A DNA stretch of 64,000 bases. It comes from a virus (lineage: Duplodnaviria > Heunggongvirae > Uroviricota > Caudoviricetes). A program made the position numbers and the translations under genes. Under the pieces are notes generated by a model, which saw nothing but the letters and a program-made list of their open reading frames with translations, was not told the DNA's origin and ran no database searches. Where the stretch lies: positions 13,422 to 77,421 of IMG/VR virus record IMGVR_UViG_3300034196_000017. One strand, given 5' to 3'. Below, piece by piece: positions 34,467 to 43,400 of this stretch (the first letter of the stretch is position 1; each line of letters starts with the position of its first letter).

Positions 34467-34494
34467 AGGCTCAATTAAATCGGAGACAACAAAT

Positions 34495-34782
34495 ATGCAA
34501 CCTGAATACCCTGAAATGAAATTATCAGACGCTATCACAGCTCGTATCCGTCACTTCACTGGTCAACGTGGATGTGCTGATTGTGGTGATAAGCGTAGAT
34601 ACCTGATTGCTTGGACACCAAACGGATCACTATGCCCTAGCTGCTGCCCCGATGTCAACGTCCTTTCGAAGTCGAAGGTGATGGCAAGTGAAAAGTCTCA
34701 CAATACAAAGGTACAAAAGAAACGCTTGAAATCTTGGAGCATTCCTGTAGTATTTAGTGGAATGAATACCAACACACGTTAA
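34495..34782 (+). CDS. zinc-finger protein
   Basis: CADCGD...CPSCC cysteine pairs; first gene of the plus-strand island. Confidence 0.45.
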   Translation: MQPEYPEMKLSDAITARIRHFTGQRGCADCGDKRRYLIAWTPNGSLCPSCCPDVNVLSKSKVMASEKSHNTKVQKKRLKSWSIPVVFSGMNTNTR

Positions 34783-34792
34783 GGAGATTAAA

Positions 34793-34987
34793 ATGATTTC
34801 ACGTACTCAATTCGTAATCACTATGTTTTTCGTGCTTCTTTCATCTGTTTTCATCACTGGTGAGTTATTTATCAAACCCCTTACAAAAGTATTACGCGAG
34901 CATAACCAATTGGTTGCAGACTGTGAGGCTAAAATCCCACGCGATCAGTTCTGTGAACTCGTAGCTATCCCGAAGGTGAGCAAATGA
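34793..34987 (+). CDS. small membrane protein
   Basis: 64 aa with N-terminal TM helix; AGGAG SD. Confidence 0.4.
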   Translation: MISRTQFVITMFFVLLSSVFITGELFIKPLTKVLREHNQLVADCEAKIPRDQFCELVAIPKVSK

Positions 34988-35196
34988 ATTACGAACAAGC
35001 AATCAAACCTACAGCATTTATGAATCAAGATGCTCTCGAAACCATGTATCCCTATGACTGTTTCTTTGCATTTGCCGAACCAACCAACCAAGCTTCTGTG
35101 CCATTGTTCACGCTTGATCAGGTAAAGGCTATGATTCGACATTCCAATCTCAGTACATATGATGCTGAGGATTTTATTGATGAGGCATTCCAATGA
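34984..35196 (+). CDS. hypothetical protein
   Basis: 70-aa acidic ORF; ATGA overlaps on both sides. Confidence 0.4.
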   Translation: MNYEQAIKPTAFMNQDALETMYPYDCFFAFAEPTNQASVPLFTLDQVKAMIRHSNLSTYDAEDFIDEAFQ

Positions 35197-35351
35197 AATC
35201 AGACGGATCAAAACAGTTAAAACATGACTCAGCACGTGCGTGGGCAGGTACATCAGGTGGTAACACACCACCATTTAATAAGAAGTCAGCATTACCAAAG
35301 AACATGAACAAACCTTTTATCAAACGATTTATTGAGTGGTGGACCGCATGA
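35193..35351 (+). CDS. hypothetical small basic protein
   Basis: 52-aa ORF absent from the ORF track (below 60 aa); ATGA-coupled to both neighbours. Confidence 0.3.
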   Translation: MKSDGSKQLKHDSARAWAGTSGGNTPPFNKKSALPKNMNKPFIKRFIEWWTA

Positions 35352-35509
35352 AGACTCGTACATTTGACACACGCAATCTGATCAACGACAATGATCAGCA
35401 AATCACAGTACGCAAAAATGGTCGTACAACCGTCATCAAAAGCTGGGTTGTACCTGACTTTCCTGAAAAACGTGTTTCTCTTGCTACACTATTCAAGGTG
35501 AAGAAATGA
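35348..35509 (+). CDS. hypothetical small protein
   Basis: 53-aa ORF, translationally coupled (ATGA overlaps). Confidence 0.3.
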   Translation: MKTRTFDTRNLINDNDQQITVRKNGRTTVIKSWVVPDFPEKRVSLATLFKVKK

Positions 35510-35679
35510 AATTCTATATCTTTATTCTAATATTGGGTATCTGTATGTTTTGCTATTCACTGAGCTTACCACCTATGACTATTGAAACCATTGAAACCAA
35601 TATGAAAGCAGAATTTGGGATGGGTGGTATGTTCATTTTCTTTTTGGCAATGGCTGGCATCATGGGTTGTGAAAAATGA
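35506..35679 (+). CDS. small membrane protein
   Basis: 57 aa, two hydrophobic helices, translationally coupled. Confidence 0.3.
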   Translation: MKFYIFILILGICMFCYSLSLPPMTIETIETNMKAEFGMGGMFIFFLAMAGIMGCEK

Positions 35680-35870
35680 GAATTATTGTTGATAGAACAG
35701 GTCCATTTCATAGTACAACTCCTGAAACAAAGTGGTATGCGCAGGTTCAGCTAACCAGCCATGACATGCTACCACTAGGTGTTAAGAGTTATTCGTTTGG
35801 GGCTACACCAACTGAAGCATTAGAAAACTTCATTTCAGTCTTGACATCCAATGGTGTTGCTGTAGAATGA
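35676..35870 (+). CDS. hypothetical protein
   Basis: 64-aa ORF, ATGA-coupled. Confidence 0.4.
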   Translation: MRIIVDRTGPFHSTTPETKWYAQVQLTSHDMLPLGVKSYSFGATPTEALENFISVLTSNGVAVE

Positions 35871-35902
35871 CCACATCTTAAAGAACACAACGGAGCAACA
35901 CA

Positions 35903-37543
35903 ATGAGCAATATCGTACCAACGGATGAGCAGAACAACGTATGTGAGATGTCTCTGATTCACCGCTTAATGAAAATCAGTGCTTATGCCGGTGCCGCCAA
36001 AACCTCTACACTATGCATGGTTGCTGAGCGTCTGGTAGTCCCTAGCCTTATGTTGACCTTCAACAAATCGTTGGCTGACGAAGCTAAGGGACGCTTCCCT
36101 AGCTGGGTTGAGTGTCGAACCACCCACTCTCTGGCGTATGCAACCCATGGTGCGCAGCTTCGTCACAAGCTGAAGCGTCCGCAAGGTGCATATCGTAACG
36201 TTGCAGGTACAGGTACAGAGATTGCAAAGTACTTCAAGACTGGTGACTTCACATATCTTATCGATGGTGAGCGTGAAACTCGAAAAATGAAAGCGGGCGG
36301 CGTTGGTGTAGCCATCAAGGAAACCGTAGCGAAGTTTGAGCAATCTGCGGATTTAACTCTTGAGTACAAGCACGTATCTACCAGTCCATGTGACCAGATT
36401 CTGCTTCGTGACAAGAAGAGTATGCGTTCTTACAAGTACCTTGTCCTGTCTTGCGCTCAGAAGCTTTGGCAACTCCGTACTGATATCCGTAGTGACGTTC
36501 TGGCTACTCACGACACATACCTCAAGCTGTTTCAATTGAGCCGACCAGACCTTTCTCGATACGAAGTTCTGTATCTGGATGAGGTCCAAGACGTTAACGA
36601 TGTTGTATTGGATATCTTCTTGCAACAACAAGAGCGTTGCCGTCTGTATGCTGTAGGTGATGGTTTCCAGAATATCTACAGCTGGCGTGGTGCTAAGAAT
36701 GGTATGCTTGAGCTTGACTGGCCTGAAGCTAAACTGTCTAAAAGCTTCCGATTTGGTCAAGCAATTGGTGACCTTGCTGATATTGTATTGGCTAGCGACG
36801 GTCGTAAAATCACCGACGTTAAAGGATGGGAAGCTCTGAATACAAGCTGTGTACACAAGAATGATCTTGATCCATCTGTTTGGGATGGTCAGTACACAAT
36901 GCTTTTCCGTACCAATGGTGCCTTGATCTTCGAAGCTGTTGACTTGTTGAGCAAAGGTAAAACTGTAAACCTAGAGATTGATGTATCTGACTTCACGAAG
37001 TTGCTTGAATCAGCCATTGAGCTTTCAAAAGGCAATATGACCAAAGTCAAGCATGAATCCCTTGTGCAGTTTGCCAACTGGGAAGAGTGTGGTATCGAGG
37101 CGGAAGCGGTACAGGGTGAGTTGCTGCGTGTCTACAACATGGTTAGCAATGGTAGCGTTTACAAAGTACTTGCTGTTCTGGGTACTCACAAGAACGTAGA
37201 GAATCCCGATGTGATCCTTACCACGGCTCACAAATCGAAAGGTCGTGAGTGGGATATCGTTATCCTTTCAGATGACTTCCCAAGCCCTTTTAATCAAAAG
37301 GGTGAGTGGGTTGGATTGCAAGATATGGAACGAAACCTTCTATACGTTGCTCTTACTCGTACCAAAGTTTTGCTCGGTTACAATGAAACTGTTCGGATGA
37401 TGATCAAGCGTTGTGATCCCCAGTTTCAGTATGAGCATGAAATCATCGATGAACTGGATGTTGATGACTTGTTCAAGGAATATGTGGGAAAGCAGGTACG
37501 TCAAATGGACCGCGAGCTTCAGGACATCTTGACGTCAGAGTAA
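35903..37543 (+). CDS. UvrD/Rep-family SF1 DNA helicase
   Basis: Q-motif TDEQNNV; Walker A AYAGAAKTSTL; motif II YLDEVQD; motif III GDGFQNIYSWRGA; motif V/VI TTAHKSKGREWDIVIL and VALTRTK. Confidence 0.8.
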   Translation: MSNIVPTDEQNNVCEMSLIHRLMKISAYAGAAKTSTLCMVAERLVVPSLMLTFNKSLADEAKGRFPSWVECRTTHSLAYATHGAQLRHKLKRPQGAYRNVAGTGTEIAKYFKTGDFTYLIDGERETRKMKAGGVGVAIKETVAKFEQSADLTLEYKHVSTSPCDQILLRDKKSMRSYKYLVLSCAQKLWQLRTDIRSDVLATHDTYLKLFQLSRPDLSRYEVLYLDEVQDVNDVVLDIFLQQQERCRLYAVGDGFQNIYSWRGAKNGMLELDWPEAKLSKSFRFGQAIGDLADIVLASDGRKITDVKGWEALNTSCVHKNDLDPSVWDGQYTMLFRTNGALIFEAVDLLSKGKTVNLEIDVSDFTKLLESAIELSKGNMTKVKHESLVQFANWEECGIEAEAVQGELLRVYNMVSNGSVYKVLAVLGTHKNVENPDVILTTAHKSKGREWDIVILSDDFPSPFNQKGEWVGLQDMERNLLYVALTRTKVLLGYNETVRMMIKRCDPQFQYEHEIIDELDVDDLFKEYVGKQVRQMDRELQDILTSE

Positions 37544-37711
37544 CAAATATCATAAAGTGGGAGCCGTACATGAGTGCGGCTTCACTCAGTGTGGAAGCTC
37601 AAATTGAAAGGCAGATGATGGAGTTTGGTTCTGGTATAATCACAGACCTTGACCGATTCATGATGCCAAATCTTAACGATTGTGATATGGACGGATACGA
37701 GGTTTATACAA

Positions 37712-37930
37712 ATGAACTCGGTGAGATTCAAAGGTATTGAGAATATTCTGTTTGTTGGTAATGGAGTTAACCCACACCCTACACAATTGGTATGGATGAA
37801 CATTCTAAAGGCACGTCACGGTGATGGTAAATTCACCGTGACATATGATAGATTGTCTGGTAAACTCCAAGGAATGGAGATTGATGAGGTGTATTTTGAT
37901 GAAATACCAAGTTTGGGTGACAACCGATAA
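37712..37930 (+). CDS. hypothetical protein
   Basis: ATG with upstream GGTGAG; 72 aa. Confidence 0.35.
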   Translation: MNSVRFKGIENILFVGNGVNPHPTQLVWMNILKARHGDGKFTVTYDRLSGKLQGMEIDEVYFDEIPSLGDNR

Positions 37931-38008
37931 AGGTTTATACCAATGTCTTAAATTCGACACAGCAGAAAAGGCTCTGTTTGTGATCAAGAATCTAAAGGAG
38001 TACGAATA

Positions 38009-38293
38009 TTGGAACTTTACAATCTAAAGTTTTCAGACAACATTCGGTTTAGCGTCACTGATATCGAAGACTACAACATTAAGGGTTCTTTTGACCCAAA
38101 CGCTGCATCTGACATCGAGTTCTACGGATACCGTGAAACCACGTTCACCGTTTCTTCGGTTGAGATTCGACTAAACTATAACCTTTGGGTTGAAGATGTA
38201 ACCCAGTTGAAAGAAGAGTTCTTGACAGCACACGATGATCAGATTACATTGATCGTACAAAACGCAATCGATGACAAACAAGGAGAATTATAA
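38009..38293 (+). CDS. hypothetical protein
   Basis: 94-aa ORF. Confidence 0.4.
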   Translation: MELYNLKFSDNIRFSVTDIEDYNIKGSFDPNAASDIEFYGYRETTFTVSSVEIRLNYNLWVEDVTQLKEEFLTAHDDQITLIVQNAIDDKQGEL

Positions 38294-38511
38294 TGAGTGT
38301 TTATAAAATTGTTCATAAAGATCACGAGGATGATACTGTTGAGTGGTATGGCGCTGAAATTGGTGATATTGTGGAAATTGCAGACCCAACACCTTACTCA
38401 AACGTATGGTTGAAAGGTTCAAAGGTTTTCGATAAAGAGTGGCAACGTCACGAACGGCTGTGTGTTGCCGACAGCATGGAAGACTTTCATAAATATGTGG
38501 AGAAAGTATAA
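38293..38511 (+). CDS. hypothetical protein
   Basis: 72 aa, TAATG overlap with the upstream gene. Confidence 0.4.
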   Translation: MSVYKIVHKDHEDDTVEWYGAEIGDIVEIADPTPYSNVWLKGSKVFDKEWQRHERLCVADSMEDFHKYVEKV

Positions 38512-38738
38512 TGGTCGAGTTCAAAAACATGCCATTGATCGGTCAGTTCGTGGCTGTATATCAGTACAATGGTGAAGTCTGGTCAGGAACATACCGCTGG
38601 GATGAGGATGGTCTTATTACTGAGTACTGTTTCAATGACGATGACGATTATTTTTCACCAGTTGGTGGAATGGGTGACTATAACTCGCTACCATGGGTAT
38701 GTAATGTTGGTATTAAACCTAAGTTCTTTGGTGTATGA
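38511..38738 (+). CDS. hypothetical protein
   Basis: 75 aa, TAATG overlap. Confidence 0.4.
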   Translation: MVEFKNMPLIGQFVAVYQYNGEVWSGTYRWDEDGLITEYCFNDDDDYFSPVGGMGDYNSLPWVCNVGIKPKFFGV

Positions 38739-38741
38739 ATC

Positions 38742-38942
38742 ATGAATAAGAACACCCTTTCTGTTGTTGTTGGGGTTGTACTTGGTGCTTTGGTTTGCTA
38801 TACTGGCTATCAACATATTGATAAGATGGCGGAAAAGGTTAATCAAAAAGTTCTCGGTAAGCATAAAGAAATGATTGACAATGCTATAAAAGAAGAATAT
38901 CCTATCGGTACATTTGAATATGAGGTTAAAAGGACAATCTAA
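38742..38942 (+). CDS. small membrane protein
   Basis: 66 aa with N-terminal TM helix. Confidence 0.4.
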   Translation: MNKNTLSVVVGVVLGALVCYTGYQHIDKMAEKVNQKVLGKHKEMIDNAIKEEYPIGTFEYEVKRTI

Positions 38943-39154
38943 TGTTTGATAAATCAAGAGATGATTACTCAGATTTAATGACGCTTGATCAGTTCAATGC
39001 AGCTGTTGGTTGTGGTGCTTTTATCCCAACAGACGGTTGTGGGTGGATTGGTACAGAAACTCACTTTTCGTATGATCATGATGTTTGGGAATGGTATCTG
39101 AAAGGTAAGAAAATACCATCAACAGCAACTCACGTACATTGGTATAACAAATGA
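38942..39154 (+). CDS. hypothetical protein
   Basis: 70 aa, TAATG overlap. Confidence 0.4.
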   Translation: MFDKSRDDYSDLMTLDQFNAAVGCGAFIPTDGCGWIGTETHFSYDHDVWEWYLKGKKIPSTATHVHWYNK

Positions 39155-39366
39155 ATATTTGCCTTGGTTGTGGTAAAGAAACAAAAGATGGACAAGAATT
39201 AAACGGTTTGTTAAAGTGTCACTGGGATTGTACAGACGCAACTCGCGATAAACTTGGAGAGGCTGTTGCTGACGAATTGATTCAACAGCGAATTAATTTA
39301 CGTTTACTTCAAGATGGTTTGTCACCTGCTCACCCTTTGTGGAAAAAACTTGGAGGTTCACTGTAA
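39151..39366 (+). CDS. zinc-binding protein
   Basis: CLGCGK...CHWDC cysteine pairs; ATGA overlap. Confidence 0.4.
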   Translation: MNICLGCGKETKDGQELNGLLKCHWDCTDATRDKLGEAVADELIQQRINLRLLQDGLSPAHPLWKKLGGSL

Positions 39367-39782
39367 TGGCATTCTTTATCCTGTATCTTTTGATGATCTT
39401 GGAAAATATCCAAGGTTACCTACTCGGTATCTCTGTTGCATTTGGAGCGATTGCTTTAGCTTATCTTTTCTTCCGCGCCGTTAATTACATTGATTTAAAG
39501 GGTGAGGAGGAGGCAGCGTACAAGGTAATGAACGGACAGTGCAAATGGTTCCTTGGTATCTGTCTAGTAGCAGCACTTTTTTCAAACTTGATTCCAAGTA
39601 AGCAAGACATGGCACTTATCGCTGCTGGCGGGATCACTTATAACATTGCAACAAGCGATAAAGCTGCGGAGCTTGGGAATAAGAGTATTGAACTGCTGAG
39701 CAAGAAGCTTGATCAGATGATCGAAGATCCTGTGAAGGCTACAAAAGATGTAAAAGCAATTGCTGAAGAAGTAAAGAAGTAA
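39366..39782 (+). CDS. membrane protein
   Basis: Two or three TM helices; start at the TAATG overlap (39366); last gene before the terminator. Confidence 0.4.
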   Translation: MAFFILYLLMILENIQGYLLGISVAFGAIALAYLFFRAVNYIDLKGEEEAAYKVMNGQCKWFLGICLVAALFSNLIPSKQDMALIAAGGITYNIATSDKAAELGNKSIELLSKKLDQMIEDPVKATKDVKAIAEEVKK

Positions 39783-39796
39783 ATTACAGACGTGAA

Positions 39797-39837
39797 AAAG
39801 CCCCGGCTCGTAAGAGTATCGGGGCTTTCTTTTGTCT
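39797..39837. terminator. bidirectional rho-independent terminator between convergent units
   Basis: GTGAAAAAG-CCCCGGCTCGTAAGAGTATCGGGGC-TTTCTTTTGTC: 9-bp GC stem with an A-run upstream and a T-run downstream. Confidence 0.7.
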
Positions 39838-40157
39838 TATTGTTTTGTATTTTTAAGATCAAGTCGTAGTGAGTTTGTTAGATCACGCACATCTTGACGA
39901 AGACCCTGTGTCTCACGAATCCATGCTTCCTGTACGTTCTTAAACTCTTCACGACTCACCTTACCTTCCTGCAATCGGTTAATCGCTCTAACGTTAACCG
40001 CTACACTCTTCTCAACGTTCTCGATAGCGTTCTGCATCTGCACTCTATCAGCCTGATACATATAGCAAACAAGTGTAAGTAACGCCAAAGTTGCCCACCC
40101 ACCAAACCTTTCAATCAAATCCTGTAACTTATTGTTGCTCCCTTTTTGGTCTGTCAT
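39837..40157 (-). CDS. membrane-anchored coiled-coil protein (lysis-associated?)
   Basis: One TM helix (WATLALLTLVCYMY) then coiled coil; adjacent to the spanins. Confidence 0.35.
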   Translation of the reverse strand: MTDQKGSNNKLQDLIERFGGWATLALLTLVCYMYQADRVQMQNAIENVEKSVAVNVRAINRLQEGKVSREEFKNVQEAWIRETQGLRQDVRDLTNSLRLDLKNTKQ

Positions 40158-40440
40158 CGGTGGTTTCCTCTTTAGTGTAGTTCTTAATTATACCATCCAC
40201 TAATGACTTGTACGCACGTAGACAGCTTCTGTTGTTAACCCATGAACTAGCTAGTGATCTTACGGTCTCACCAGCTCCCTGTTCATCACAATTGATGATT
40301 AGTAAGTTTATGGGAATGTATTGTTTCTCATAAATCGTCTCTGTAATTGGTTCTGGTTGCTTACTTGAGCAACCTGAGAAGGTCATCAGGCAGACGATCA
40401 TCAATGTCAGCAGTAATGCCTTCACGTTTATCATTAACAA
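40129..40440 (-). CDS. o-spanin (outer-membrane lipoprotein, Rz1-like)
   Basis: Lipobox LMTFSG|C; start embedded in the 3' end of the i-spanin gene (40361..40440 overlap). Confidence 0.55.
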   Translation of the reverse strand: MLMINVKALLLTLMIVCLMTFSGCSSKQPEPITETIYEKQYIPINLLIINCDEQGAGETVRSLASSWVNNRSCLRAYKSLVDGIIKNYTKEETTDDRPKREQQ

Positions 40441-40747
40441 CCCCTTTCTTTGGTAGTGAGTTGATCAACTCTTGTTGAATCTTACCATTACATATCTCTA
40501 CTTGAACTTCTTTAACAACTTCGATCAGTTGAGCCGGGCGTGACTCAAGCTCTGAAACCAAAGCCAAGTTCTGTTCACTAAGTCTTTGGTTTGAAATTAC
40601 TTGTTCAGAGTATTTAATCTGAAGTGCCGTTAGTTGCTCATAGTTAGACTTACCAGATAAGTAACTAATTGATAGTGCGGTTATCAACACCACGCAAAAG
40701 ATACCCAGTGCCTTACTTTTTATACTTGCAAGGATGTTCATTTTCAT
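40361..40747 (-). CDS. i-spanin (Rz-like)
   Basis: N-terminal TM helix then long coiled coil; overlapping o-spanin arrangement. Confidence 0.55.
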   Translation of the reverse strand: MKMNILASIKSKALGIFCVVLITALSISYLSGKSNYEQLTALQIKYSEQVISNQRLSEQNLALVSELESRPAQLIEVVKEVQVEICNGKIQQELINSLPKKGVVNDKREGITADIDDRLPDDLLRLLK

Positions 40748-40966
40748 GCTCCATTACTTTTTCCAAGTCATCAATTTCTTGGTTTAAGAATCTACCAATG
40801 AAAAACATGACAGCAAACATAACACCCCATCCAACTAACCAAGTTACAGCCATTACATCTGTTAGTACACCGATAAGTGCCAAACCAGCCATAGATATAG
40901 CATTTAACATGTTTGCAATGAATGAGTATGTTGTATAATGTTTACACAGATGTTTATAAATTCCCA
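40713..40966 (-). CDS. holin (class II-like, two TM helices)
   Basis: Two hydrophobic helices plus charged C-terminus; immediately downstream of the endolysin; start refined to ATG about 40966 to avoid overlap. Confidence 0.5.
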
Positions 40967-40974
40967 TATCAACC

Positions 40975-41535
40975 TCAATTCCATTGTTGATAGAAAGACT
41001 TATACTCGGAAGGTTCATAACCCATGCAATACTTATACTGAGCTTGCGCACGAATGTTCAAACCTTTAAGTATAACCTTCTTACCATTAATTGTTCCATA
41101 TACCCACTTAGTAAGCTGGAAACAAGCAGCATCGTAGTTCTTGTTGTTCAAGTTCTTCAACATTGTGCTACTTGTTACGTTACCTATACCCTTATTGAAA
41201 GTAAAGTCAGTTACAGCACCTCTCATCCATTCAGATTTGTAAGGAACCGTCACTGCCTTATCAATCAGCATCTGGTGCTTGATCCAGTCGGACACAAACA
41301 TTGCAATACACTGATCTTCAGTATACGTCTTCTGAGGCGTCTCACCGCGTTGTACTAGGTGACCAATACAAACGGTCGGCTTACCTACTGGATCGTCGTG
41401 TAGATGGGTTAGGACGCCTTCTGAGGGTACTGTTAGATCTACGGCGATGTATGCAGACGGTCCTGCTACACCAGCCGCTAAGAGAGCAGCGAAGATTTTA
41501 GCCTTCAATGCTCTCGTTACAGGTACTTTAGCCAT
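40975..41535 (-). CDS. SAR endolysin (GH24 lysozyme)
   Basis: N-terminal signal-anchor-release helix (IFAALLAAGVAGPSAYIAV) then catalytic E-x8-D-x5-T (EGVLTHLHDDPVGKPT). Confidence 0.7.
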   Translation of the reverse strand: MAKVPVTRALKAKIFAALLAAGVAGPSAYIAVDLTVPSEGVLTHLHDDPVGKPTVCIGHLVQRGETPQKTYTEDQCIAMFVSDWIKHQMLIDKAVTVPYKSEWMRGAVTDFTFNKGIGNVTSSTMLKNLNNKNYDAACFQLTKWVYGTINGKKVILKGLNIRAQAQYKYCMGYEPSEYKSFYQQWN

Positions 41536-41543
41536 TATTCACC

Positions 41544-41891
41544 TCACTCAGTTGGTAGATCTGGTAGAACCAAAGCTGGTACAAGTACATGTAGCGTGAT
41601 CATGTGTGTTAGGTCATACGGTTGACCGTTCTTTGTACATTCAACTCTCAATATTTCGGTTTCTTCATAATATGTGATATCCACATCGGCACGATCATCT
41701 ACACGATTTAGTGTATATCCCCAACCAACGTTAACAGGTGGGTAAGGAACCATACCGTAAGTCCCAACAACTAAGTAAACGCCTTTCGACTCCCTCTTTG
41801 AAAAAACATCAGTACCACCAAGACTTGAGATGTCATAAATCTCACCAGTCTGACCCAGAATATTAATACCAGCTCTTGTTGTCTCTTTCAT
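41544..41891 (-). CDS. hypothetical tail-associated protein
   Basis: 115-aa ORF between the fibre gene and the endolysin. Confidence 0.35.
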   Translation of the reverse strand: MKETTRAGINILGQTGEIYDISSLGGTDVFSKRESKGVYLVVGTYGMVPYPPVNVGWGYTLNRVDDRADVDITYYEETEILRVECTKNGQPYDLTHMITLHVLVPALVLPDLPTE

Positions 41892-41893
41892 AA

Positions 41894-42736
41894 TTAGTTC
41901 GCCTTTAGTGTGCCGTCAGCGGCTTTTGATGTATTACCCGAATGATAAACTTTAACCCAAGGTAGCCAACCATTGTATGCGGATCTAAACCACATCTGGT
42001 TATCCCCACCATAAATCATCATCTGACCTCCGATTGGACCGCTATTAAGTCTAAAGCTTAATCCTGTTGCGTTGATTGATTCACCTGTACCACCCGGAAA
42101 TACAGCGTTGCCACTAATGAATGTATTACCGTAATCTGTGAATGCAGCATTCCAATCACCGATAGATACACATGAGCTTCCTAGACCAAAATCACCCGCT
42201 TTCAAAAGACGGCCTGCTGACATATCAACTACACCGACTGTTACATCACGGGTTGCAGCACTACCTAGACCTAGAACATTTCGCATATCACCAGATGTTG
42301 TCTGTGCATTTAGTTCACGGGCTTTAGCTGTAAGTGTTGCAAGTGACAATGCACCTGCCCCTGTGAAATACGGAATCGTATCAGCAGAACCAGTAAGGTT
42401 CGACATCGATGTTAGGTTCTGATTGAGATTTTGTTTATTATCAAGTAGACCCGGAATAGAATCGGTAATAGCTCTCAGTCTATCAGCTGATTCTTTATTG
42501 TAACCTTGAAGTGGGGCAATCATCCAGTCTGTTGAGCTTGTCGATGCTCCAACATATGCAGGGTAAATACCAATGACTGTTTCACTTGCTACGTTTACAA
42601 TTTCATACCAGCGTCCATCCGGTCCTCTGAAACCATCACCAACTCTAACGTTAGATACGAAATTTGTTGATGCTCCAGTAACCGCTTGTTGTCCTGTAGT
42701 TACACTAACAGAACCAGTTTTGTACCAAGCCATATT
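41894..42736 (-). CDS. tail fibre protein (distal to J)
   Basis: Gly/Ser/Thr/Asn-rich, 'MAWYKTG' start; located downstream of J like lambda stf. Confidence 0.5.
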   Translation of the reverse strand, partial: NMAWYKTGSVSVTTGQQAVTGASTNFVSNVRVGDGFRGPDGRWYEIVNVASETVIGIYPAYVGASTSSTDWMIAPLQGYNKESADRLRAITDSIPGLLDNKQNLNQNLTSMSNLTGSADTIPYFTGAGALSLATLTAKARELNAQTTSGDMRNVLGLGSAATRDVTVGVVDMSAGRLLKAGDFGLGSSCVSIGDWNAAFTDYGNTFISGNAVFPGGTGESINATGLSFRLNSGPIGGQMMIYGGDNQMWFRSAYNGWLPWVKVYHSGNTSKAADGTLKAN

Positions 42737-42746
42737 AACTCCTAAT

Positions 42747-43400
42747 TTAAGATATCGGTTTTGCAAAAACAACAGACATATATAGTGCAGTCGGGAGGTC
42801 AACACCCGTTGCTTGAATCACTACCCTATTCCCGCCGTAATCCCAGACCGCTTGGACTACGCCCTGTCTTGATACCGTGCCTGCCATGTCCATGGCGATA
42901 TTGTTTAAAAGCATGTAGTCGCCAGTGTTTATCGGTGAAAAAGCGGACCAGCTTAATCTGTAAACGCCGGGTTGTGTTTGCTCTGCTCCAAGGTAGTTCC
43001 AAGCGGATATGGTGCGCGTAAATTGTGCACAAGGCGTCCCGCTATCAAAAATAATCTTTGATGTCGCATCCCATAGCCTTAGACCATAATCAGCAATTGG
43101 TGATGACTTGAATGCAGCGATAAACCATTTTCCGCTGGAGTTTGTCCCTGTGAAGGTGTTAAATCTAAAAGCGTGCCAGTTTCCGGGCTCACCTTGCACT
43201 AGACAGAATGCAAAGACATCGTTTTGGTCTGGCCTTACAAAAACTAAAGGCGGCTCATCGGTTGTAATTACGCTTGAGAACGCAATTCCTATACCACCAC
43301 TTCCACTCCATGTTCCTTTATCGAGTACTACAAGTCTTGCAAATTCAGAGTCAAGCGTTACTACGTTGTCGTTGTTTGTAAATGTAAGTCCGTATGACAT
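42747..43400 (-). CDS. tail tip accessory protein (paralog 1)
   Basis: N-terminus MSYGLTFTNNDNVVTLDSEFARLVVL is similar to that of the adjacent gene. Confidence 0.4.
   Translation of the reverse strand: MSYGLTFTNNDNVVTLDSEFARLVVLDKGTWSGSGGIGIAFSSVITTDEPPLVFVRPDQNDVFAFCLVQGEPGNWHAFRFNTFTGTNSSGKWFIAAFKSSPIADYGLRLWDATSKIIFDSGTPCAQFTRTISAWNYLGAEQTQPGVYRLSWSAFSPINTGDYMLLNNIAMDMAGTVSRQGVVQAVWDYGGNRVVIQATGVDLPTALYMSVVFAKPIS

Larger units (their letters stand above)
34072..34494. other. GC-rich structured non-coding region between divergent transcription units
   Basis: About 420 bp without a convincing ORF; direct repeat AATATGCTCAGT(T/C)GG at 34071 and 34143; nested stems (TGGTATG...CATACCA enclosing CCACC-gttacag-GGTGG; GGCTC-acgatag-GAGCC). 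Confidence 0.4.
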
